Source: Candidatus Eiseniibacteriota bacterium
GTDB taxonomy: Bacteria > Eisenbacteria > RBG-16-71-46 > CAIMUX01 > VGJL01
Assembly (NCBI GenBank): GCA_963792585.1
Contig: CAWBWI010000003.1
Coordinates: forward strand, 928,001-992,000
Length of the DNA: 64,000 nt
Direction of reading: 5' to 3'
Below are positions 8,177 through 17,071 of this stretch, in pieces. Every line of letters begins with the position of its first letter. The first letter of the stretch is position 1. The notes under the pieces were generated by a model. That model worked only from the letters and a program-made list of their open reading frames with translations, ran no database searches and was not told where the DNA came from. A program made the translations under genes and the position numbers.

Positions 8177-11100
8177 ATGTCAACCCGACACCTCCTTGCC
8201 ATGCACGGGCGGGACCGTGGCTTCCGGCGCGCCAACGCCGATTTCGCCGTTGGCCGAGGTTGCCTGTTGATGCTTGCTGGACTGGTCGCGTTTTCGTCTG
8301 CGAGAGCCAATGCAGGGGAGCTTGCAACCAAGCGCGATCGCCCTCGCGTCGGTTTCTCCGTTGTCGGACTGCTTCCCCATGATGACCGGGCCATCCTCTT
8401 CGGAGGAGTGGACAAGTTTGCGCGGATGCTTGCCGTCACACCGGCGACCTATGAAGAAGTCTCGATTCGGCTGGGGGGGCCGTTCGATCCGACGGCACTT
8501 GCCCTCCACAATCGCGGCGATATGAGGACCGCTTACGGCTTCATCGGTTCGGTCGCCTGGGAACCCGTGGAGCGCTGGGACCTGAATGCTCTCCTCGGGA
8601 TGACAGCCGGGGAGGCTCGGGTCGGTTTCCGCATCGATGTGGCGGAAGGTGAGCGGCAGGAGAAAGGCCGCGTGACGACGCCGGTGACCACGTTTCACGC
8701 GGGGGTCGAGGCGCGGCGCCTGTTCGGCGGCGCGCTGGTCCGCCCGCTCCTCGGCATCGGTTTCCGGAGCGCATGGCTCTTCGGTGGAGAGGTGGAGGCG
8801 GAGGTGGCCGGCCTCAAGGTCAAGGCGGGCGATGCGCGGGACCGAGCGTCCATCGGGCCGGCACTGGGTGGCGGCGCCGAGTGGCGTCCAAGCGCGGGAT
8901 CGCTCCGCGTGCGTGCCGAAGTCTGGTGTGTCGGCTCGCTGCTCGATCGTGACCCGGACGCGGCAGGGGGTTCGCATCTGCGGATCGAGCCCGAAGCGCG
9001 CTTGGGCATCGCGACGGGGATCGGCCGGTCCGATCGACTGCGTTCGGGGCGCGCAACGCGACCGAATACCGCATCGGCGGAATGGATTCATGCGGGCGAT
9101 CGTGTCCGCTTCGAGATCTCCCTCGAGAATCGGACGCCGCAGCCGCAGCCGGCGGTCGTCGAGGATCCGATTCCTGCAGGGGCCAGCCGGTTGGACGTCG
9201 GTTCGATCCAGGTGATCGGTTCGACCACGCCGGTCACGGATGCGTCCTCGCCGCACGGCGGCGTGTCGATTCGCGGCATCATGGTGCCGCCGGATGGACG
9301 GGCGACGGTGCGCTATGTCGTCTACATCTCCGAAGACCTTGTGGACGGCGCCGTTCTGGAAAACAGAGCCACGGTCAACGGGCGTCCGACGAATCGGGCG
9401 ACGACGCCGCCGGTGGTTGGTCATGCCGAGGAGGAAGGGGCGATCGACGCGGCAAAGCGATACGTGGGTCGCGAACCATCGGGCGCGCCCGGCGGCTCGC
9501 CCGAGGAGATCCCGCGCGGCATCACCACCGCGCCGCCCGACACGGTGCCCGTTCCACCGGTTCCCCCGGTCCCTCCGGGGCAACCGCCGCGCGTCCCGCC
9601 GGCGGAAGGATGCGACTGCTGCTGCCACCTGGTCCCGGTCTGGTCGAGGGGTCCCTCGATCGAGGTGCAGATCGTCACCCCCGTGGGGGACAGCCTGCAG
9701 GTTCCGATCGGCGGCATGCTGCCGTTCGCCGTCGACGGATCGGATCGCGATCTGCTGACGCTGCGGTGCATCAAGGAAGGGTGCGGCGAGAAACCCTGTG
9801 CGGGCTGTTCCGGTGCAGGGGAGATCGATCTGCCGGGCACGTTGCGGTACCGGTGGGAGGTCGTCGATGGTCCGGGGGCGCTGGTGACGTCGCCTCCCTT
9901 TCCGCACCCGCACTCGGCGCTGGTTGAAGGACCGGCAACGATCTACGTGGCCCCGGACACGCTGGTGGATGGAGCGAAGGTGACCCTCCGTCTGACGGTG
10001 GATGATGGCCCCGAGTACATCGCGGACATTGACGATGCGCCCGTCGAGCGGATCTTTCACATAATCCTCAGGGCCCAAGTCGACCACGAGCCTCCGACGG
10101 TAGCGCCGAGGTCGGGGCCTGCGAGATCTTCCGCCCACACCTCCGAGGGTGGCTGCTCCTGTCGTCCGGTGCCGGCATGGGCGGCTGCGTCGCCCCCATC
10201 GCCGCGCGCGACGCCGCCCGATACGGTCGTCGTCTGCGCGCGGGGGTACGTCGTCCTGGCAGCCGCCGGGAGCGATGTCGATCGCCTGTCCGCGCGGTGC
10301 GTGGATCCGAAGTGCGCCTCTCCGGAGCAAGCCTGGATGCTGAACGATGCGCCGCGATATCTATGGAAGACGGGCCGTGGCCGGATCTTCGGAACGTCGG
10401 AGAAGGTCGTCTACGAAGCGCCCGATGCGCCGGGCCGGGACACCGTGTCGCGAACCCTCGACGACAGCGGGGTTCATCCCGGCCCTGCAGACGAGGCCCC
10501 GGTCCCTGCGAAGCCGGTCACCATCTTTGTCTTCAAGTCCGCGCTGCTCGCCGTGAAGCCGATCCGGACCGGCCTCGGAAAGGGGTACGAAATCCAGTAT
10601 GCGGTGGATCCTCCTCCGGCCGACGCCGCGCGGATCGAGATCTTCGATGCGAAAAACCGGCGCATTCGGACGCTCGATGATCTGCCTGTCGGGCCCGATT
10701 ACGTGCCGGGTGTGATGAGAGCGCGGTGGGACGGGCTCGACGATGCGGGACGGCCCGTCGTCGAAAGGGGAGGCCGATTCCGGGCGGTGCTGGTGACGCG
10801 CCGCGGGACGGCGGAATGTAGATCGGAAAAGGACGTTCCGCCTTGGGAGAGGGTCAGGCAGGACAAGGCTTTGTGCGGCGGCATAGAGGGAACGATTGAT
10901 TTTCCGGCGTCGGCGCGCAAGAAACCTCGATTGGTGGTCGTCTATGTCGAGGGTGAGTGCGAGGCTTGCGCCCGCGTTCCGCATTCCGACAGCCTTGTCA
11001 TCCATTACTATGGGATGCGCGAAACCCTCAATGGTATTCAACCGCATCTCGGTGCCGTGCCTGCGGGAACCCCAATCGTTCTCGTCAACGGTGAGGAAAA

Positions 11101-11482
11101 GGAGATCGACCATGCGCCGCGCGTCATTCCCGAGGCGCACATCGACTGGCAAGGCGATCGTCGCAGGATGCTCGGCGACGTGGGGGTTCTCCGCCGGGGG
11201 GAACGCGCGACCATCGGATACTCGCGCCCGGGACGCATCACCCTTCATTGCGAACTCCACAAGTTCGAGGACGCAACGTTCTTCGTCACGCCCAACGAAT
11301 GCTATAGCGCGATCGTGGTGCCTGAAGGGGTCAGCTCCGTGGATTACAGTCTCGAGAACCTGCTTGCAGGGACATACACGATCCGTGTCTTCGCCCTTGC
11401 GCCGCACCGTGATGTCGGCCCCATCGCCGTGACCGTCGAGAAGGGCAACATCACGAGGCGAGACATAAAGATCACGCGGTGA
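8177..11482 (+). CDS. Large exported protein: N-terminal outer-membrane beta-barrel-like region, DUF11 domain, Pro-rich linker, two Cys-rich Ig-like repeats, FlgD-like domain and cupredoxin-like/carboxypeptidase-regulatory C-terminus
   Basis: Signal-like GCLLMLAGLVAFSSARANA; amphipathic beta strands; GDRVRFEISLEN...VVEDPIPAG (DUF11-like); IEIFD..RRIRTL...WDGLDDAGRPV; CELH. Confidence 0.75.
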   Translation: MSTRHLLAMHGRDRGFRRANADFAVGRGCLLMLAGLVAFSSARANAGELATKRDRPRVGFSVVGLLPHDDRAILFGGVDKFARMLAVTPATYEEVSIRLGGPFDPTALALHNRGDMRTAYGFIGSVAWEPVERWDLNALLGMTAGEARVGFRIDVAEGERQEKGRVTTPVTTFHAGVEARRLFGGALVRPLLGIGFRSAWLFGGEVEAEVAGLKVKAGDARDRASIGPALGGGAEWRPSAGSLRVRAEVWCVGSLLDRDPDAAGGSHLRIEPEARLGIATGIGRSDRLRSGRATRPNTASAEWIHAGDRVRFEISLENRTPQPQPAVVEDPIPAGASRLDVGSIQVIGSTTPVTDASSPHGGVSIRGIMVPPDGRATVRYVVYISEDLVDGAVLENRATVNGRPTNRATTPPVVGHAEEEGAIDAAKRYVGREPSGAPGGSPEEIPRGITTAPPDTVPVPPVPPVPPGQPPRVPPAEGCDCCCHLVPVWSRGPSIEVQIVTPVGDSLQVPIGGMLPFAVDGSDRDLLTLRCIKEGCGEKPCAGCSGAGEIDLPGTLRYRWEVVDGPGALVTSPPFPHPHSALVEGPATIYVAPDTLVDGAKVTLRLTVDDGPEYIADIDDAPVERIFHIILRAQVDHEPPTVAPRSGPARSSAHTSEGGCSCRPVPAWAAASPPSPRATPPDTVVVCARGYVVLAAAGSDVDRLSARCVDPKCASPEQAWMLNDAPRYLWKTGRGRIFGTSEKVVYEAPDAPGRDTVSRTLDDSGVHPGPADEAPVPAKPVTIFVFKSALLAVKPIRTGLGKGYEIQYAVDPPPADAARIEIFDAKNRRIRTLDDLPVGPDYVPGVMRARWDGLDDAGRPVVERGGRFRAVLVTRRGTAECRSEKDVPPWERVRQDKALCGGIEGTIDFPASARKKPRLVVVYVEGECEACARVPHSDSLVIHYYGMRETLNGIQPHLGAVPAGTPIVLVNGEEKEIDHAPRVIPEAHIDWQGDRRRMLGDVGVLRRGERATIGYSRPGRITLHCELHKFEDATFFVTPNECYSAIVVPEGVSSVDYSLENLLAGTYTIRVFALAPHRDVGPIAVTVEKGNITRRDIKITR

Positions 11483-11536
11483 CGTGGAGGGCGCTTCATC
11501 GGATGCGATCCCCGTCCCCTGCCGTTGGGGCCTTTC

Positions 11537-12637
11537 TCAATGTCGATGCCGATGATGAACGTCGTGGACGTGCCCGTGCCCGTGTTTGATCGGCAGGTGA
11601 CGATGCGCATGCGCGTGCGGCGCTTCCGTGAGTTCCTCAGGGGTATGCTCGTGCTCGTGGTGTTCATCGTGCGCGTGCTCGTGCGCATGCTCCGTCGCCC
11701 CGTGTTCGTGCAGGTGCTCGTGCCGGTCGAACACGAGAAGGAGGGCGCCGGCGGTCATCACGCCGAGGGCGAGTAGACTTTCCGCGGCGGCCCGCTCGCG
11801 CAATAGGCTCCAGGAGAGAATAGCGGCAAAGCCCGGGGCGAGCGCGAACAACATCCCGGTCTGCAGGACCCCGAGTCTGCGCAACCCGCGCACGAAGAGG
11901 ACGATCGAGAGGCCGTAGGAAACCGCCCCCACCGCGATCGCGGCAAGGAGGCGCGGCGTGTTCCACTCTCCGAACCCGCCGAATGCGGCGGCGAGGGCGA
12001 GGCTCGTGAGCCCCCCGACGATCCCCTTCACGGCGACGATCTGCCGCGCGTCGCGCACGCTCACACGCTGGGTCAGGTTAGTGTCGAGGCCCCACAGCGC
12101 GCAGGCGCCGACGACGCAGGCGGCGCCCGCCCAGCGCGTCGGCGCGGATGTCGCCGCCTCGCCCGGGAGCGATAGAATGACCGCGCCGCCGAGGATCGCC
12201 AGCGCCCCGATCCATCCCCGACGGCCGAGGTGTTCGCCCGAGAGCAGAACCCCGAGTCCGATCGTGAAGACGGCTTCGAAGTTGAGGAAGAGACCCGTCA
12301 CGTGCCCGCTGACCTGTCGGACGCCGATGAGGAACAATAGCGGCGCGAGGACGGCCCCGGAAAGGATGGCGCCTCCCATCCAGACCCATTCTCCAGGGCG
12401 GATGAAGTTCCGTGCGGGGTTGCCGCGCGGGTGGGGCGAGAGGCCGACCAGAAGCGCGCCCAGCGTCCCGGCGGATAGGTAGAGGACGGCGGAGAGCGCC
12501 AACGGTTGCACTCCCGCGAGCAGAAGCTTGATCGCGGGGACACTTGCGGCGAAGGCGAGAGCCGCGGCAATGACCTCGATCTGCCCGCGTAGGTTCCGCC
12601 GGTGAACCGGCGTGGCTACCCGATCGCTGATGTCCAG
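11537..12637 (-). CDS. DMT/EamA transporter with His-rich C-terminal tail; start probably non-canonical, upstream of the track GTG at 12511
   Basis: EamA-type TM pattern; tail HEHLHEH...HVHDVHHRHRH; in-frame upstream helix RGQIEVIAAALAFAASVPAIKLLL; GGAGG before CTG 12637. Confidence 0.85.
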   Translation of the reverse strand: MDISDRVATPVHRRNLRGQIEVIAAALAFAASVPAIKLLLAGVQPLALSAVLYLSAGTLGALLVGLSPHPRGNPARNFIRPGEWVWMGGAILSGAVLAPLLFLIGVRQVSGHVTGLFLNFEAVFTIGLGVLLSGEHLGRRGWIGALAILGGAVILSLPGEAATSAPTRWAGAACVVGACALWGLDTNLTQRVSVRDARQIVAVKGIVGGLTSLALAAAFGGFGEWNTPRLLAAIAVGAVSYGLSIVLFVRGLRRLGVLQTGMLFALAPGFAAILSWSLLRERAAAESLLALGVMTAGALLLVFDRHEHLHEHGATEHAHEHAHDEHHEHEHTPEELTEAPHAHAHRHLPIKHGHGHVHDVHHRHRH

Positions 12638-12699
12638 GCTTCCTCCGCCGCGTCGATCCGGTCGGCTTCCCGCTCGGATCGCGCAGAACGCAGCCTCAC

Positions 12700-13185
12700 T
12701 CAGTCCAAGGGGAAGTCCAGATTCCCCGGCCCGGGCCTACCCAGGAGGCGGCACATCGCAAGCACCTGACCCTGGTGCTGGTAGATGTGCGTCGTCGTGC
12801 GTACGAAGACCAAGGCCGGCACGAGCGGACGCATCTTGCCGGGCCACGTCCACATTTCCCGGGACGTGTTCAACTCCACTTCCGAAGCCTGACGCACGTA
12901 GGCGCCCGTCGATTCCGCAACCTGCGCACGGTACGCCTCGAGCGCGGCCACGGAGGCGTGGTTGGGATCGTCCACCTCGTCCTTGTAGAGACCGCGGATC
13001 ACGTTCATCCAGTACTCCTGCGCGCCGATGACGTGATTGAGCTGTTGGAGGAGATTCGGGTAGCCGAACCCCTCGAGTTCACGGGAGAGGTCCTCGTCGC
13101 CGAACGGCGCGCAGTGCTGGAGCAGCCTCTGCAGGCTGCGGTGTGCGCGTTCGTGCATGTCTAACAGTGCCGGTGCGGTATACAT
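12700..13185 (-). CDS. DinB/YfiT family protein
   Basis: AGGAGG SD; QLNHVIGAQEYW and THIYQHQGQV His motifs. Confidence 0.85.
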   Translation of the reverse strand: MYTAPALLDMHERAHRSLQRLLQHCAPFGDEDLSRELEGFGYPNLLQQLNHVIGAQEYWMNVIRGLYKDEVDDPNHASVAALEAYRAQVAESTGAYVRQASEVELNTSREMWTWPGKMRPLVPALVFVRTTTHIYQHQGQVLAMCRLLGRPGPGNLDFPLD

Positions 13186-13237
13186 CAATTCTCCTCCTAT
13201 GCGACATCCGGCCGAACGCAACCCGCCGGCGTCCCGA

Positions 13238-16200
13238 TCAAACCTCCCGGAGAATCCCGGGGCGCAGGAAGTAGAGCTGCGCGCTCACGGGCGAGCCGAA
13301 GAGGCTCCGTACGGCGCGACGATAGATCTCCATCTGGCCCTTGTACAATGCAACACGTCGCTCGAGGGTCTCGCCTTCGGAGACCCGGTCCGATTTCCAG
13401 TCGACCACGATCCAGCCGTCGTCGGCCGCGAGGATCAGATCGATCCTTCCCTGGACGAGGACCCAGGGATCGGCCGCCCTGGAATCGTCCTCGCGGGCGA
13501 TGCGGAGCCCGCCGTCTTCTCCCCCCACGATCCAATCCTGCCAGTCCGGGGACGCGAGAATCTCCGCCCGAAGATCCGGCAGCCATCGCGCCACCTCCAG
13601 GAGCGGCAGGCGCAGGCTGAACGCGACCTCCCGGTGCACCGTCGGGTTCGTCGCGAGCGCTCCGCCGATCGGCATCGCGAGCAGGCGGGCGAGCGACTCT
13701 CGCAGCATCCGCGCCACCTCATTGGAGACCCCGCCGACGCGCGCGGCGGCAGCGGCGATCCGTGCCTCCAGATTGTCGGGATGCAGGTCGGTGAGATCGA
13801 TCCTCTCGAGGAGCGCGTGAATCAGCGTTCCCTCGCTCGCGGCGGCCTCCGGCGCAATGAGCGGCGTCGCGGGTTCGTCGGGGGAGTCCTCGCCCGCGCC
13901 TGCCCCTTCGATGACCGCCTCGACGTCGCGGCCGCTCTTGAACTCCGTCGCCCAGATCTTCCCGCGCGCGGATGCGAGCAGACCGGGGGAGGGAAGGGGG
14001 GACTTCGTCGCGGCGAGGTCTACGGCTTCCGTCGCCTCGGGGTCCTCCCCGCCGGGAACCTCGACGGCCACGCCCCGGCGCAGCGCTTCCTCGATCGCGC
14101 GAATCCTGTTCGGCGGCGGCGGGAGTTCCTCGCGCTTCCGCGGCGAGATCCAGCGCACGCGGAGCGGGTGCCCCTCGACCGGTCCATCCGTCGCGGGCAA
14201 GCTCGGGAGCGCATAGATCATCCACGAGACGGGGTGGGGCTTCTTTCCGAGCAGACAGCGGATCGTCGCCCGCTCGACTTCGTCCCGCTGCCCCATCGAG
14301 GCCGCATACGTGCGGAAGAGAGGATCGGGGACCGACGAGCGCGGCTCGAGGATGCCTGCGAGGATCAGGCGGTCCCGCGCGCGTGTGAGGGCGACGTAGA
14401 GGACGCGCTTTTCCTCGGCAAGGTCGTCGTCCTTGGCGGTGTCGATCAACAGACGCAACGGGATCGGTTGGCGCAGAACGTAGGTCGCGCGATCCAGGAG
14501 GCGCACGCCGAGATACTCGCGTCCCGGGACGAGGGCGCTCGCGCGCGCGCCGAGCTGATAGCGTCGTCCCATCTCGGCCATGATGACGACGGGGAACTCG
14601 AGCCCCTTCGCCTTGTGCACCGTGAGGATCCGAACTGCGGGAACCGACTCGGACGAGACGGGCGCCTCGAAGATCTTCGCCTTCCCCGCGCGCAAGAGAT
14701 CGATCCAGCGGATGAACCGGGTGAGGCTCGGGCCGGCGTCCTGCGCGTAGCGGCGCGCGATGCCGTGGAACTTGCGGAGGTTCGCGCGCCGTCTGAGGCC
14801 GCCCGGGAGCGATGCGACGCTGCGCGGCAGGCCCGTCTCCGACAGGATCCTGCCCACGAGGTCGGGCAGCTCGCTCCAGCCTGCCGCTTCCCTCCAGCGG
14901 AGGAAAGCGCCGAGCGCCTCCGCGGCTCGTGCGGGGAGGGTCGAGAAGGGAGGCTCCTCGGGAAGATCGGCCGCATCACCAAGCAGCGTCCCGCGGGCGT
15001 CCTCATCCTCGGGGAAGAGGGCGCGGGCGTGTCGATCGTCGCCGGTCGCGCGGTCCGCGAGGCCCGCGAGGGCGAAGGCGAGGTGCATCGCGCGCGGGTA
15101 GGCCAGGCGCGCGGCGAGCAACTCGGCGTCCGCCCACTGAAATGCGGGGGACCGAAGGGCTGCGGCGAGCGTGATGTCATCGAGCAGATTGTCGACGCCG
15201 CGCAAGAGGTTGGTGATGTCCCGCACCTCCTGCGCCTCGAAGAACGACTCCCCGGTCGCGACGGAACAGGGGATCCCTTCCTCCTCGAGGCGTCGCGCGA
15301 GCGCAGGAGCGCTGGCGTGCGCGCGCATCAGGATCGCGATATCCGAAAAGCCGATGGAGCGCGTCTTTCCGCTGTCCTCGTCGCGCACCGTTCCCGAAGC
15401 GACGAGATCCCGGATCCGCGCGGCGATCGCCCCCCACTCCGCGTCGTGCAGGTCGGGCTTCTCCCCGGCAGCGCCCTCCTCCGTGAGTTCATCACCCTCC
15501 GCATCGCCGGAAGCTGGCGCGGCGGCGTCGCGGACGAGCATGACCTCCACGTCGGGATCGTCCGGCGTCGGCTTTCGTCCCGGGACGAGCGCCTGCCGGT
15601 CGTAGGGGGTGCCGATCTCCTCCTCGAAGAAGAGGCCCCGCGCGATCTCGTTGGCCACGCGAATCACCGGCGGGAGGCTGCGGTAGTTCTTCGGCAGCAG
15701 GACGTTCCATTCCGCGATGGCATCGGGCGCTTCCCCGCGCTCGCGCACGAGCGGTCGGCTGCGGCCGAGTTCGCGAATGATCGTCGGGTCGGCCAGGCGG
15801 AACTGGTAGATCGACTGCTTCACGTCGCCCACACGAAAGATCCGCGTTGGGTCGCAGAGCTGCTCGAGGAGCCGGTGCTGGAGACCGTTGACGTCTTGGA
15901 ATTCGTCGATGAAGACCCTCTCGAACCGGATCGCCTGATCGGTCCCGGCGAGTCGCTCCACGAGGCGGAGCGCCTGGATCTGGAGATCCTCGAAATCGAG
16001 CCTGCCCGTGCGCCCCTTGGCGACCTCGTAGGCGGCGCCGACCTCGCGGGCGAGATCGATCAGGCCGAAGGCATAGCGCGACGCCTCGGATTCCTCACGC
16101 AGAACGCGCCCTTCATCGATCGGCATCTCGACGATCCACGGCGACGTGAAGGCCTCGGAGACGAGCTTGCGCAGCGGCCCCACCCGGCCGCCTTCGCCGG

Positions 16201-17071
16201 CCGGCACGGCCGGCACAGCGATCTTCAGAGGATCGGTCCCCTTGATGAACTTCGCAGCCTCGAGCCGCGCGATCGCGGCCCGCTGGCCGTCCGGCGCGCC
16301 GAGGGAGTCCGGGTCGATCCCCTCCACTGCTTCCAGGAAGGCGGTCCAGCGGGCCGTCGCGGGAATCGCCTCGACGAGTGCCCGAAGGAGCCCGGTCGCC
16401 TCACGCCAGACGCGCGCCATGCGCGCCGCGTAGTCGAGGCGCCAGACGAGGTCTTGCCAGCCCGTGGGCTTGTGGGCGAGGCGCGCGGCATGCTGATCCA
16501 GATAGCGCTCGGGGGCCTCGGAGGCGCGGGCGCGTTCGAGCAGGTCCCGCACGACGCCGCGGAGCTTCTCGCCGTCGGTGTCGAAACCGCACATCTCGAC
16601 GAGCTGCTCGAAGATCTCCTCGCTCTGCTTTTGCAGCCCCCGCTCATAGCGGGCGTGGAACACGCGTGTCGTGGCGTCGGTGAGCAACAGCTGGGCGTCC
16701 TCGGCCGAGAGGACGCGGAAGCGCGGATCGACACCAGCGTGATCGAAGTGTTCACGCAGGAGTCGCTGGCAGAAGGAGTGGATCGTGGAGATCCGCGCCT
16801 GGGGAAGGCGCAGGCGGTGGTGCGCGAGATCGTCGCGCTTACCCAGGGCGCGGTAGATCTTGTTCTTCATCTCCGTGGCGGCCTTGTCGGTGAAGGTCAC
16901 CACGAGGATCTGATCGAGGGAGACGCCCTCCTGGAGGGCGGCGAGAACGCTCTCCACGAGGATCGTCGTCTTGCCAGAACCCGCGCCCGCGGAGACGAGA
17001 AGGTCCCGCTCGCGGTTGCCTGCAAGCTGCTCGACGACGAGCTTCTGGATGTCGGAAAGTGGAAAGCTCAC
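13238..17071 (-). CDS. addA: AddA-type UvrD helicase-nuclease
   Basis: SAGAGSGKT, VTFTDKAA, STIHSFC, IDEFQD, VGDVKQSIYQFR, NYRS, TVHKAKGLEF, YVALTRA; nuclease motif GRIDL...VDWKS. Confidence 0.92.
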   Translation of the reverse strand: MSFPLSDIQKLVVEQLAGNRERDLLVSAGAGSGKTTILVESVLAALQEGVSLDQILVVTFTDKAATEMKNKIYRALGKRDDLAHHRLRLPQARISTIHSFCQRLLREHFDHAGVDPRFRVLSAEDAQLLLTDATTRVFHARYERGLQKQSEEIFEQLVEMCGFDTDGEKLRGVVRDLLERARASEAPERYLDQHAARLAHKPTGWQDLVWRLDYAARMARVWREATGLLRALVEAIPATARWTAFLEAVEGIDPDSLGAPDGQRAAIARLEAAKFIKGTDPLKIAVPAVPAGEGGRVGPLRKLVSEAFTSPWIVEMPIDEGRVLREESEASRYAFGLIDLAREVGAAYEVAKGRTGRLDFEDLQIQALRLVERLAGTDQAIRFERVFIDEFQDVNGLQHRLLEQLCDPTRIFRVGDVKQSIYQFRLADPTIIRELGRSRPLVRERGEAPDAIAEWNVLLPKNYRSLPPVIRVANEIARGLFFEEEIGTPYDRQALVPGRKPTPDDPDVEVMLVRDAAAPASGDAEGDELTEEGAAGEKPDLHDAEWGAIAARIRDLVASGTVRDEDSGKTRSIGFSDIAILMRAHASAPALARRLEEEGIPCSVATGESFFEAQEVRDITNLLRGVDNLLDDITLAAALRSPAFQWADAELLAARLAYPRAMHLAFALAGLADRATGDDRHARALFPEDEDARGTLLGDAADLPEEPPFSTLPARAAEALGAFLRWREAAGWSELPDLVGRILSETGLPRSVASLPGGLRRRANLRKFHGIARRYAQDAGPSLTRFIRWIDLLRAGKAKIFEAPVSSESVPAVRILTVHKAKGLEFPVVIMAEMGRRYQLGARASALVPGREYLGVRLLDRATYVLRQPIPLRLLIDTAKDDDLAEEKRVLYVALTRARDRLILAGILEPRSSVPDPLFRTYAASMGQRDEVERATIRCLLGKKPHPVSWMIYALPSLPATDGPVEGHPLRVRWISPRKREELPPPPNRIRAIEEALRRGVAVEVPGGEDPEATEAVDLAATKSPLPSPGLLASARGKIWATEFKSGRDVEAVIEGAGAGEDSPDEPATPLIAPEAAASEGTLIHALLERIDLTDLHPDNLEARIAAAAARVGGVSNEVARMLRESLARLLAMPIGGALATNPTVHREVAFSLRLPLLEVARWLPDLRAEILASPDWQDWIVGGEDGGLRIAREDDSRAADPWVLVQGRIDLILAADDGWIVVDWKSDRVSEGETLERRVALYKGQMEIYRRAVRSLFGSPVSAQLYFLRPGILREV

